Both the position numbers and the translations under genes were made by a program. From NCBI GenBank assembly GCA_943359455.1, contig CALRHL010000003.1, positions 1-59,257 of the forward strand: 59,257 nucleotides of DNA, in the 5' to 3' direction. This document shows, piece after piece, positions 9,447 through 18,285 of the stretch. Under the pieces are notes generated by a model. It did not search any database, was not told where the DNA came from, and saw nothing but the letters and a program-made list of their open reading frames with translations. Source of the DNA: Candidatus Uhrbacteria bacterium RIFOXYB12_FULL_58_10. GTDB taxonomy: Bacteria; Patescibacteriota; Patescibacteriia; UBA9934; GWF2-40-263. Numbering within the stretch: position 1 is the first letter of the stretch; each line of letters begins with the position of its first letter.

Positions 9447-10235
9447 ATGAAAGCATTCATCTTATCTTTTGTTATTTCCTTAGCTTTTTTGCTATTTTCT
9501 CCATCGCAAGTGTCTGCCGCCGTGACTCCACTCTCCCAAATTCAATCCGGCGATTTGGTGCGAGGAGAATCGTTCTCTGCCGTCTATTATATGGGAAAAG
9601 ACGGATTTCGGTATGTGTTTCCAAATGACAAAACGTACTTTACATGGTACGCAGATTTTTCGAGTATAAAATGGGTGAGCGATCTGGACTTAGCGAAAGT
9701 CCAGATAGGTGGAAACGTGACCTATAAACCAGGAGTGCGAATGGTAAAAATTGCTTCGGATCCAAAAACGTACGTCGTTGATGCCGACGGTCAGTTACGC
9801 TGGGTGCGCTCCGAAGAATCTGCGATCGGAATTTATGGCGCAACATGGAACACATTTATCGACGATGTTCCAGATGCATTTTTTGGAAACTATCAGTCTG
9901 GTGCTGATATTGAACAGATGTCTGACTTCACACCCTCGACGATCACGGCATCTATTCGCGACATCAACGATGATAAAAATCTCAAAGCCGCAACGGTGCT
10001 AAATATCTCTGATAACTTTTTTGATAATGCGTCTGTCACCATCAAAGCGGGGACACCTGTTCGCTGGTACAACACTGGCGCCACAAAACATACCGCGACC
10101 GCGAGTGATCTCGCTTGGGGAACCGGAACAATTCTTCCTGGGGCAAACTTTGCGCGCTACTTCAATGATCCAGGGACCTACACCTTCTTTTGCAGCTATC
10201 ATCCAACGATGACCGCGACTCTTGTCGTAGAATAA
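9447..10235 (+). CDS. secreted protein with C-terminal cupredoxin domain, paralog 2
   Basis: 262 aa and collinear with the 8518-9309 product (shared blocks include SGDLVRGESFSAVYY.GKDGFRYVFPNDKTYFTWY). The C-terminus reads KHTATA...FFCSYHPTMTATLVVE. Confidence 0.7.
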   Translation: MKAFILSFVISLAFLLFSPSQVSAAVTPLSQIQSGDLVRGESFSAVYYMGKDGFRYVFPNDKTYFTWYADFSSIKWVSDLDLAKVQIGGNVTYKPGVRMVKIASDPKTYVVDADGQLRWVRSEESAIGIYGATWNTFIDDVPDAFFGNYQSGADIEQMSDFTPSTITASIRDINDDKNLKAATVLNISDNFFDNASVTIKAGTPVRWYNTGATKHTATASDLAWGTGTILPGANFARYFNDPGTYTFFCSYHPTMTATLVVE

Positions 10236-10237
10236 TT

Positions 10238-11815
10238 GTGACTGTTCCTCGTCGTACGCTTCTTGTCTTCACGATCATATTTATTCTTTTATTTTTGAAA
10301 GAAGCTGTTCCGCGATTTCAAGATCCGGACACGTTTTATCATGTCATGATCACTGAGATGATCCGCGACCAAGGGATTCCAACGGTGTTTCCTTGGTTTT
10401 CGTTCACCACATGGCCTGAAATGTACGTGGATGCACACCTCCTTTACCATGTTGCCCTCATTCCATTCGTCACTTTTTTCGACCCGCTTGTTGGAGTAAA
10501 GATCGCAGCACTCCTCTTTGGAATGCTAACATTTTTTACCCTCTACCGAGTCCTCAAATCCATCCGCGCTCCTTATGCAGAACTCCTGACACTTGCTGCG
10601 GCATTATGTGCACCATTCTTGTATCGCATTTCATTTGCACGAGCCATATCATTGTCCGTAACAACCCTTCTCATTATCACTTGGGCGGCGCTGACAGGCA
10701 GAAAATGGATTGCATTTCTTGCAAGCGCATTTTTTGTTTGGCTCTACCATGGATATCCAACCGCTCTCTTATCTATCTTCGCGATCTGCGTCGCAGACTG
10801 GCTTGCATGTCGACTTGTCCCAACACATAAACCACAATTCTGGCAATCCATTTGGCCTATCGGTGCCGGACTCCTGACAGGACTCATCATAAACCCAACG
10901 TTCCCAAACAACATCATCTTTAGCGTCCTTGATATTTTCAAAATCGGAGTCGTGGGCCGACTCGGTACAAACGTCATGCCTGGAAGCGAATGGTTTGGAG
11001 TGATGCTTGGAAATGTCGTAGAATCTGCTGTTCCGATCGCCTTTATACTCCTCCTTTCTATTCTTTCATTTGTTGGAGCGTGTCTTTCTCGTCACGTCCA
11101 AATTTCCCACGAAAAAGTACGTGTGCTATTCACCTTTTTATTTCTTGGCGCTGGGTATTCACTCCTCACCATCCGCTCAAACCGTTTCATCGAATACGCC
11201 GTGCCGTTTCTTACACTCGCTGCGGGAGCATTCCTTGCCATTGCCTTTCCTTACCTTGAATCAACTATTTTCCCGACCATCCGTGATTGGTTTCACACAA
11301 ATCGCTCTTGGAAAAAAGTGTCGATCGGTCTTCTTTTCATCACCACAATCGCTCTTGGGGGCAACGAAGTTTTGGCAAGTTACAAAGGTGATTATTATCA
11401 AACACGGCAGTACCAATTTGCTTCAGACTGGATCAAAACAAACGTTCCAGAAAACGAAATCATCTTCACAAACATCTGGGATTTTGGTTCAGTCCTTGTT
11501 TATCTCGACCCGACATACCGTGTCATCGTCGGACTTGACCCTCGCTTTATGTCCGATCCATTTCCAGAAAAATACCAGCTCTTGATGGAAATCAGCTCGG
11601 GTGAATCAGACAAATTATCTGCAATCACGGATGTATTCCAGTCTCGAGTAGTGGTTGTTGATATGCGATCAAAAGAAGCAGAAGCATTTTCAAAACAACT
11701 TGAATCATCAAACACCTTCCATGAAGTTGGACGAAACGAATGGGTGCGACTTTTCACCTGTCTTTCTGCGTGTGGATTGCCTGTTTCCCATTCCGCACCG
11801 GCCGTGACATACTAG
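10238..11815 (+). CDS. polytopic membrane protein, GT-C/ArnT-PMT-like glycosyltransferase (tentative)
   Basis: About 525 aa with many hydrophobic segments. The start is set at the in-frame GTG 10238 just after the upstream stop. The function is a guess from architecture and the neighbouring GT2 gene. Confidence 0.55.
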   Translation: MTVPRRTLLVFTIIFILLFLKEAVPRFQDPDTFYHVMITEMIRDQGIPTVFPWFSFTTWPEMYVDAHLLYHVALIPFVTFFDPLVGVKIAALLFGMLTFFTLYRVLKSIRAPYAELLTLAAALCAPFLYRISFARAISLSVTTLLIITWAALTGRKWIAFLASAFFVWLYHGYPTALLSIFAICVADWLACRLVPTHKPQFWQSIWPIGAGLLTGLIINPTFPNNIIFSVLDIFKIGVVGRLGTNVMPGSEWFGVMLGNVVESAVPIAFILLLSILSFVGACLSRHVQISHEKVRVLFTFLFLGAGYSLLTIRSNRFIEYAVPFLTLAAGAFLAIAFPYLESTIFPTIRDWFHTNRSWKKVSIGLLFITTIALGGNEVLASYKGDYYQTRQYQFASDWIKTNVPENEIIFTNIWDFGSVLVYLDPTYRVIVGLDPRFMSDPFPEKYQLLMEISSGESDKLSAITDVFQSRVVVVDMRSKEAEAFSKQLESSNTFHEVGRNEWVRLFTCLSACGLPVSHSAPAVTY

Positions 11816-11826
11816 AAAAATCTTCT

Positions 11827-12567
11827 ATGAAAAAACTTCTCATAACGATCCCGACTTATAATGAGTCGTTAGTCATCGAGAAAAATATCCGAGATGCTTA
11901 CAGCGCTTTTACATTGCTATTTTCAAACTATGACTGGAGCGTCGTTGTCGCGGATAATGGGTCAACAGACACGACTTCCATACAGGTTCAGGATTTATGT
12001 AAAGAATTCACACGCCTTCGTGTGGAAACAATCCAAAAAAAGGGACGCGGAAATGCGCTCCGACAATTGTGGGAGACGGACGATTCAGATATTTTTGCTT
12101 ACATGGATGTAGACCTTGCCACTCATCTCGATGATTTCGCAAAAATTATTCAGGTTGTAGAAAACTCCGATCTTGTCGTCGGTTCTCGACTCCTTTCTGA
12201 CGCATCCGTAAAACGTTCATGGTTTCGAGAAGTCCTCTCACAAGGATATAGTCGCCTTGTTCAAATCTATCTGCGTGTTCCTGTAAAGGACTTACAATGT
12301 GGATGCAAAGCGATTCAAAAAACGGCTTGGCAACGTGTCGCAAAACACACAACTCACCCAGGCTGGTTTTTTGATACAGAACTCGTTGCATTCAGTTGTC
12401 AAATGGGATTTGATGTACGTGAAATTCCTGTACGATGGGTTGAAAAACGGAATCCGCGACGAAAAAGTACAGTAGATATCCTCGCCACCGTCATGGATAA
12501 CCTCCGTCATCTTTTCCATCTCCATCGCCGTTTAAAGCGACTTTCGGATCAAAATTTGGTAAAATAA
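11827..12567 (+). CDS. family 2 glycosyltransferase (dolichyl/polyprenyl-phosphate sugar transferase-like)
   Basis: It starts MKKLLITIPTYNES and contains ADNGSTD and the DxD motif DVDL. The ATG is at 11827, and the upstream extension in the ORF track overlaps the previous gene. Confidence 0.8.
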   Translation: MKKLLITIPTYNESLVIEKNIRDAYSAFTLLFSNYDWSVVVADNGSTDTTSIQVQDLCKEFTRLRVETIQKKGRGNALRQLWETDDSDIFAYMDVDLATHLDDFAKIIQVVENSDLVVGSRLLSDASVKRSWFREVLSQGYSRLVQIYLRVPVKDLQCGCKAIQKTAWQRVAKHTTHPGWFFDTELVAFSCQMGFDVREIPVRWVEKRNPRRKSTVDILATVMDNLRHLFHLHRRLKRLSDQNLVK

Positions 12568-13473
12568 ATGCGTATGCCGAACCTCACCATTGGACCAAAA
12601 GTACGCGCGAATTTACATTTGCACGATCGCAAACTGAAACAGCTTGAAGAACGAGCTACTGCCATTCGCGAAGATATCATCGATATGCTTGTTGAGGCTG
12701 GAAGCGGGCACTCAGCTGGTCCGCTTGGCATGGCAGATATTTTTACTGCACTCTATTTTCATGTCATGGTGCACGACCCAAAACACTCTCTCTGGAAGGA
12801 CCGTGATCGTTTCATTCTCTCAAACGGCCATATCTGCCCAGTTCAATATACCACCCTAGCGCATGCAGGATATTTTCCAAAAAAAGAACTGATGACCCTT
12901 CGTAAACTTGGCTCACGTTTACAAGGACACCCTGAACGTCTCAAACTCCCAGGCGTTGAAAATACGGCTGGTCCACTCGGCGATGGATCTTCGCAAGCAG
13001 TAGGTCTTGCCTACGCGGCTTTACTCGACCGCTCCCCATGGCGCGTCTATTGTGTTATGTCTGACGGAGAACTTGCTGCAGGAATTACTTGGGAAGCAAT
13101 GCTATTTGCCGGACGGAACAAATTGTATAACTGCACATTCATTATCGATCGCAATAATATTCAAATCGACGGAACGACAGAAGAAATCATGCCACTTGAA
13201 CCACTCGCGGCAAAATTTGAAGCATTCAACATCAACGTTATCCGTTGCGCAGGAAACTCCATCCGTGATTTTGTGACGGCGATCGAACGCGCACACGGTG
13301 TCTCCGAAAAACCATCGGTCATTCTCGCAGACACGATTCCAGGCTATGGAGTCGAATACATGGAATACGACTTCCGATGGCACGGCATGCCCCCAAAGGC
13401 TGGCGAAGAGTCGATTCTTGCGATCGACCAAATCCGTACGCTCGGAGGGAGGATAAAAAGCGAGCATGAGTAA
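12568..13473 (+). CDS. transketolase, N-terminal (TPP-binding) subunit
   Basis: 301 aa with GSGHSAGPLGMADI and GHPE... motifs, typical of a split transketolase. Confidence 0.9.
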   Translation: MRMPNLTIGPKVRANLHLHDRKLKQLEERATAIREDIIDMLVEAGSGHSAGPLGMADIFTALYFHVMVHDPKHSLWKDRDRFILSNGHICPVQYTTLAHAGYFPKKELMTLRKLGSRLQGHPERLKLPGVENTAGPLGDGSSQAVGLAYAALLDRSPWRVYCVMSDGELAAGITWEAMLFAGRNKLYNCTFIIDRNNIQIDGTTEEIMPLEPLAAKFEAFNINVIRCAGNSIRDFVTAIERAHGVSEKPSVILADTIPGYGVEYMEYDFRWHGMPPKAGEESILAIDQIRTLGGRIKSEHE

Positions 13474-13502
13474 TGCCTCGTACTAAATATTTGGCAACAG
13501 AT

Positions 13503-13769
13503 CTAATAAACGTCCTTCCGAAGCCCTACTTTGATCACGGATAATATTTGTACCTCTCCTCCTGCCAGATGTTGAAAAATCACACGATAATTTCCCACGC
13601 GAAAACGATAAAAATCCCTCAGTTGTCCTTGAAGACGTTTCGCAAACACGAGAGGATTATCAGAACAACAATAACTTTCGACTTTAGAAAGAATGCGATC
13701 AGTCTCGACAAGTCCTAACTCTGACAAATCTTTCTCTGCATCTTGTGAATACTTCGCAATCCATATCAT
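13503..13769 (-). CDS. RelE/ParE family type II toxin
   Basis: 88 aa containing YRFRVGNYRVIFQ...ILSVIKVGLRKDVY. It lies directly downstream of a small antitoxin-like ORF. Confidence 0.8.
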   Translation of the reverse strand: MIWIAKYSQDAEKDLSELGLVETDRILSKVESYCCSDNPLVFAKRLQGQLRDFYRFRVGNYRVIFQHLAGGEVQILSVIKVGLRKDVY

Positions 13770-13775
13770 AGAGCG

Positions 13776-14015
13776 TTAAACAAGACCAAGTCGTTTGCGA
13801 ATCTGCTTTGTTGTGTATGTTTTTCCTGTTTGAGCACTCTTCGCACGACGTAATATGTCATCAACAAACTGTTGTTCTTCAGAAAGTGGATGAATTTCCA
13901 TGATGGGTCGATTTTTTCTCAATAAAACAAGTCGATGATTTTTCCGACATGCTTCTTCAGAAATTTGAGCCATATTCTGTCGAAATTCCTTCATACCAAC
14001 AAATGTCGTAGTCAT
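13776..14015 (-). CDS. Phd/YefM-like antitoxin
   Basis: About 79 aa starting MTTTFVGMKEFRQNM (internal ATG chosen). It is 6 nt upstream of the RelE-like gene. Confidence 0.65.
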   Translation of the reverse strand: MTTTFVGMKEFRQNMAQISEEACRKNHRLVLLRKNRPIMEIHPLSEEQQFVDDILRRAKSAQTGKTYTTKQIRKRLGLV

Positions 14016-14030
14016 AAAATTGATAATTAA

Positions 14031-14047
14031 TGTACCGTAAGTGTACA
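14031..14047. promoter_or_regulatory. inverted repeat TGTAC-N7-GTACA upstream of the antitoxin gene (candidate operator)
   Basis: tgtaccgtaagtgtaca lies 16 nt upstream of the chosen antitoxin start. Confidence 0.3.
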
Positions 14048-14099
14048 CCAAATAATCTTAACAGACAAACAGCCGTTAATCTGCTACCATTTCCATTGT

Positions 14100-15020
14100 A
14101 TGAATACGAAACATCTCGGATGGATCGCGTGTGGGATTATTGGAGGTTCTCTCCTCATCTTGCTTGCTCTCGTCACATCCAATACGTTTAATCTACCATC
14201 TGCCTTCACATCATCGAGCTCGTTTCAATCGTCGATTGCGCCCATGATGGGATATCCAACGGATTCAGAAAAAATAATGTATGCGGAAGATGAGATGGCT
14301 TTAACGGCGGGCCTCACGGCTGCCGAGGTCGATCAAAAGATTATCAAAACAGGATATCTCGATCTCGAAGTAGAGGATGTAAGCGAAACTTCTGGAAAAA
14401 TTACGACGCTGGCATCAGACAAAGGTGGATTTGTGCAAGACTCGTCCGTTTCCGAACGAGAAGATGGCACACATTATGGATCACTCACCGTGCGAGTTCC
14501 ATCTACAGCATTTGAAACAACGATCACAGAAATCAAGACATACGCTTTGGTCGTAACGACAGAGTCAGCGCAAGGGCAGGATGTTACGGAACAATTCACC
14601 GACCTTGAAGCTCAACTTCGTAATGCAAAAGCGCAGGAAGCAGAATATTTAAAAATCCTCACACGCGCAACAACGGTCGAGGAAATTCTCCAGGTGCAAT
14701 CCTATCTCTCAACGGTCCGCTACACCATCGAGTCGCTCGAAGGCCGCATGCAGTACATCGAAAACCGCACGAGTTATTCAACAATCACCGTCGAACTATC
14801 TGAAGAACCAACAATCCGCATCCCAACAAAAGAATTCCGCCTCGGCGCGATCATCCGTGAAGCCGGCCAAGCACTCATCGCTATCGCTCAACTGCTGGCA
14901 ACCACTGTTATCTGGATTGCCATTGTTGGCGGAGGAATTCTGATTCCGATCGGATTGTTTATCTTTATGGTAATCAGAATAATCCTGTTGTTAAGGAAAA
15001 ACCGAAATAGTCCCAAATAA
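14100..15020 (+). CDS. DUF4349-like membrane-anchored protein
   Basis: 306 aa with an N-terminal TM segment, a coiled-coil middle (EAQLRNAKAQEAEYLKIL) and a C-terminal TM segment. The pattern resembles DUF4349. Confidence 0.55.
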   Translation: MNTKHLGWIACGIIGGSLLILLALVTSNTFNLPSAFTSSSSFQSSIAPMMGYPTDSEKIMYAEDEMALTAGLTAAEVDQKIIKTGYLDLEVEDVSETSGKITTLASDKGGFVQDSSVSEREDGTHYGSLTVRVPSTAFETTITEIKTYALVVTTESAQGQDVTEQFTDLEAQLRNAKAQEAEYLKILTRATTVEEILQVQSYLSTVRYTIESLEGRMQYIENRTSYSTITVELSEEPTIRIPTKEFRLGAIIREAGQALIAIAQLLATTVIWIAIVGGGILIPIGLFIFMVIRIILLLRKNRNSPK

Positions 15021-15038
15021 GATTCTCTCCTAATCCTT

Positions 15039-15587
15039 GTGAAAAAACTTGAACAAAATAACGCGTATATTGACGGTGCAAACTTGCATCGTGGAATTCA
15101 ATCGCAAGGTTGGATTCTTGATTATCGTCGTTTCCGCATTTGGTTACGAGAAAAACACGGTGTCAAAAGTGCTTATCTTTTTCTTGGGATGATCCCAAAA
15201 AATCAAACACTCTATCGAATATTACAGGAGGCTGGATTTATTTTGGAGTTTAAAGAAGTTGTGTATGACCGTAATGGAAAACCAAAAGGTAACTGTGATG
15301 CTGATCTTGTATTAAAAACAACGATGGATTTTTTTCAGAAACAATTTAAAAAGGCGATCATTGTTACAAGCGACGGTGACTATGCTGGGCTTGTGAAAAT
15401 GCTCTTTTCTCAGCAAGCTCTTCAGATGGTTGTCTCTCCTTCGACTGAACAAAAATGTTCAATTTTGTTAAAACGCTTAAATGCTCCTACAACATATCTA
15501 GGACAATCGCGCATGCGACCACTATTAGAGCTAAAAAAAGAAAAAGCCCCCGATGCGGACGGAACCGCACAGGGGTCTTCTTCGTAG
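15039..15587 (+). CDS. NYN/LabA-like domain protein (predicted RNase)
   Basis: 182 aa containing AYIDGANLH and VTSDGDYAGLV, typical NYN acidic motifs. Confidence 0.7.
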   Translation: MKKLEQNNAYIDGANLHRGIQSQGWILDYRRFRIWLREKHGVKSAYLFLGMIPKNQTLYRILQEAGFILEFKEVVYDRNGKPKGNCDADLVLKTTMDFFQKQFKKAIIVTSDGDYAGLVKMLFSQQALQMVVSPSTEQKCSILLKRLNAPTTYLGQSRMRPLLELKKEKAPDADGTAQGSSS

Positions 15588-15633
15588 TGATACCTATACT
15601 TTATTCTATTTCTATTCATCTGTCAAGGAGATT

Positions 15634-16788
15634 ATGAAACGACAAACATCTGGTATCAACCGCTCAGCGTATCTCGTCCGATCATTATTCGATCTCAAAT
15701 CACTCGATCAAAAACCAACCCGCGATGGGTACGGTCTTGGGCTTGTGGAGGCGGGTAAAACAGACAAAAATGTCGTTGTCCTGTGCGCGGATCTCACAGA
15801 ATCAACTCGTTCGCTTTGGTTTAAGGAAAAATTTCCAGATCGATTTGTGCAGATGGGTGTGTCCGAGCAATCTCTTGCAGCGATTGCCGCAGGGATGGCG
15901 ATGGCGGGAAAAGTCCCATTTATTTCATCCTATGCCTGTTTTTCGCCAGGACGAAACTGGGAGCAGATCCGGACAACCATCGCGTTATCTGATAATAACG
16001 TCAAAATCGCTGGAGCCCATGCCGGAGTTTCTGTCGGACCAGACGGTGCAACGCATCAAATGATTGAGGATATTGCGATCATGCGTGTGCTTCCGAACAT
16101 GATGGTTGTTTCTCCTTGTGACGCGATTGAAGCACAAAAAGCTACCATCGCCGTTGCAAAACTTGTCGGTCCAGCCTATGTGCGTTATGCGCGAGAAAAA
16201 TCACCTGTGTTCACAACAAACAAAACTCCATTCAAAATCGGGCGTGCAGAAACGTACCGGTTCGGATCTGACACGACGATTATCGCAACGGGCCCTCTTC
16301 TGTACGAGGCGCTTGTTGCCGCAGATCAGCTCTCGAAACAAGGAATCTCTGTGCGTGTTCTCAACATGCACACTGTTAAGCCGCTCGACGTAAAAGCAAT
16401 CATCTCAGCCGCAAAAGATACGGGTGCCATCGTCACTGTCGAAGAGGCCCAAGCTGCCGGAGGACTTGGCGGAGCCGTGTGCGAAATCCTCGCTGCCTTT
16501 TGTCCTGTCCCGGTCGAACGCGTCGGCATGTATGATCGCTACGGCGAATCCGGTATGCCATCTGAGCTTCTTGAAGGATTCGGTCTCACTGCCCCGTACA
16601 TTGTCCTTGCTGTCAAGCGCGTTCTTGATCGAAAACAGAGCAAAAAAGTTTCTGGAGTTCCGGAATATGTCACGATGGCACAAACACATCTTGAGAAACT
16701 CAAACAACAATCAATCGCCGAAGCCATTCTAAGAACTCCTCGCAAATGGGGAGGAAAAAAATCGGATGCTTCACTCAAATCCCGGTAG
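15634..16788 (+). CDS. transketolase, C-terminal (pyrimidine-binding) subunit
   Basis: ATG 15634 is preceded by AAGGAG. The protein contains FVQMGVSEQSLAAIAAGMA and GPDGATHQ. Confidence 0.9.
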   Translation: MKRQTSGINRSAYLVRSLFDLKSLDQKPTRDGYGLGLVEAGKTDKNVVVLCADLTESTRSLWFKEKFPDRFVQMGVSEQSLAAIAAGMAMAGKVPFISSYACFSPGRNWEQIRTTIALSDNNVKIAGAHAGVSVGPDGATHQMIEDIAIMRVLPNMMVVSPCDAIEAQKATIAVAKLVGPAYVRYAREKSPVFTTNKTPFKIGRAETYRFGSDTTIIATGPLLYEALVAADQLSKQGISVRVLNMHTVKPLDVKAIISAAKDTGAIVTVEEAQAAGGLGGAVCEILAAFCPVPVERVGMYDRYGESGMPSELLEGFGLTAPYIVLAVKRVLDRKQSKKVSGVPEYVTMAQTHLEKLKQQSIAEAILRTPRKWGGKKSDASLKSR

Positions 16789-16821
16789 GCTAGCCGGGAT
16801 TTGTGATATAATCCAAACACT

Positions 16822-17793
16822 ATGCTCGATATTATCACGATTGGAGACACAAAACTCGATACATTTGTCGTTCTTGATGAAGCTTCCACACAATGTCAAC
16901 TCAAAATGCCTGAGTGTCAGTTGTGTTTGGAATACGGTGGAAAGATCGTCGTTGATGTTGTTGATACACAGGTAGCAGGTACGGCTCCAAATGTTGCTGT
17001 TGGACTTGCACGTATGGGATTAAAGACGTCGGTGTTAACAAACATGGGGAAAGACATGACGCATCGCATGGCGATTGAGTTTTTTAAAAAAGAAGGGGTG
17101 AGTTCGAAGCTCGTTCGTCAAGTTCCAGGAGAAATGAGTGCTTATTCGGTTGTGCTGAATTTCAAAGGAGAAAAAACATTGCTCACCTCGCACATTCATC
17201 GCGCGTACCGACTTCCAAAACCCATGCCGAAATCGAAATGGATTTATGTTGCAGAAATGGGGCCTGGATATGAAAACTTGTACCGACAAGTAACTTCACT
17301 CGTCAAAAATAATGGAACGCATATCGTTCTGAATCCAGGAACGATTCAGATTGCGGAAAAAAAATCGTTTCTATTTGATCTGTTGAAAAAAACGTACGTG
17401 CTATTTGTAAATCTCGAGGAAGGACAACGCATCATCGGCGAGACAATCACGGAGCCGCATCGACTTGCGACAGAGTTGTACAAGCTCGGACCAAAGCAGG
17501 TCGTTATTACCGATGGAAAAAACGGCGCGTATGGATTTGATGGGCACAAGTTACACTACACGTCCATCTTCCCTGCTCACCTGGTCGAAGCGACAGGTGC
17601 GGGAGATGCGTTCTCAACCGGCTATCTCGGCGCGCTTATGAACAACCAACTTCACGATGAAGCACTGCGTTGGGGAGCGGTAAACTCTGCGTCCTCCGTT
17701 GGTTTCGTTGGTCCGACAAAAGGACTGCTCTCTGCAACACACATCCGCGCCAGACTGAAAAAACATCCAGGATTTAAGACAGAGGAGATGTAG
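16822..17793 (+). CDS. PfkB-family carbohydrate kinase
   Basis: 323 aa with the C-terminal signature TGAGDAFSTGYLGAL. Confidence 0.8.
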   Translation: MLDIITIGDTKLDTFVVLDEASTQCQLKMPECQLCLEYGGKIVVDVVDTQVAGTAPNVAVGLARMGLKTSVLTNMGKDMTHRMAIEFFKKEGVSSKLVRQVPGEMSAYSVVLNFKGEKTLLTSHIHRAYRLPKPMPKSKWIYVAEMGPGYENLYRQVTSLVKNNGTHIVLNPGTIQIAEKKSFLFDLLKKTYVLFVNLEEGQRIIGETITEPHRLATELYKLGPKQVVITDGKNGAYGFDGHKLHYTSIFPAHLVEATGAGDAFSTGYLGALMNNQLHDEALRWGAVNSASSVGFVGPTKGLLSATHIRARLKKHPGFKTEEM

Positions 17794-17804
17794 AATAAGA
17801 AAAA

Positions 17805-18279
17805 TGTAAAAAATAAAAAGTAAAAAGTGTAGAAGAATTTTTTTGTTTTCGAGAAGTGATGGAAAAACGGTTACTTGATCTGTCTGTTCAAGTTGTTGAA
17901 TTTGGTATTAACCTCAGAAAAGATCCATTATACTGGTCGATTACTGATCAACTTATTCGGAGCACGACATCTATTGGTGCAAATTTTATTGAAGCAAAAG
18001 CAGCAAGCTCAACAAATGACTATGTTCGTTTTCTCCAATACGCGCTGAAAAGTGCGAATGAATCTATTTACTGGTTAAGCATCGTCAAAAAAACAACACC
18101 TGTTCATGTAACGACCATAATGATTTTAACCACAGAAACCAAAGAAATCTCTCTCATTCTTGGAAAGAGCATCGTCACGCTCAAATCAAAAAAAACGTAG
18201 GTTTCTCGCGAAATACCTGTTACAATATCAGTATAATAAAAAGATAAAATTCCTAACCTTTTACATTTTACCTTTTACA
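17805..18279. repeat. inverted-repeat arms flanking a four-helix-bundle gene cassette
   Basis: The left arm is tgtaaaaaataaaaagtaaaaagtgtagaagaattt (17805-17840). The right arm is aaattcctaaccttttacattttaccttttaca (18247-18279). The arms are about 80 percent reverse-complementary, and the same hairpin occurs without cargo at 26382-26439. Confidence 0.6.
17859..18200 (+). CDS. four-helix-bundle protein (23S rRNA intervening-sequence protein / Avd family)
   Basis: 113 aa containing SIGANFIEAKAASSTNDYVRFLQYALKSANESIYWL, characteristic of this family. Confidence 0.8.
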   Translation: MEKRLLDLSVQVVEFGINLRKDPLYWSITDQLIRSTTSIGANFIEAKAASSTNDYVRFLQYALKSANESIYWLSIVKKTTPVHVTTIMILTTETKEISLILGKSIVTLKSKKT

Positions 18280-18285
18280 ACCGTT

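Noticed and set aside
15553-15633. Upstream extension of the transketolase C-terminal subunit ORF
   Set aside because: It overlaps the NYN gene. The ATG at 15634 has an AAGGAG Shine-Dalgarno sequence and matches the usual N-terminus.
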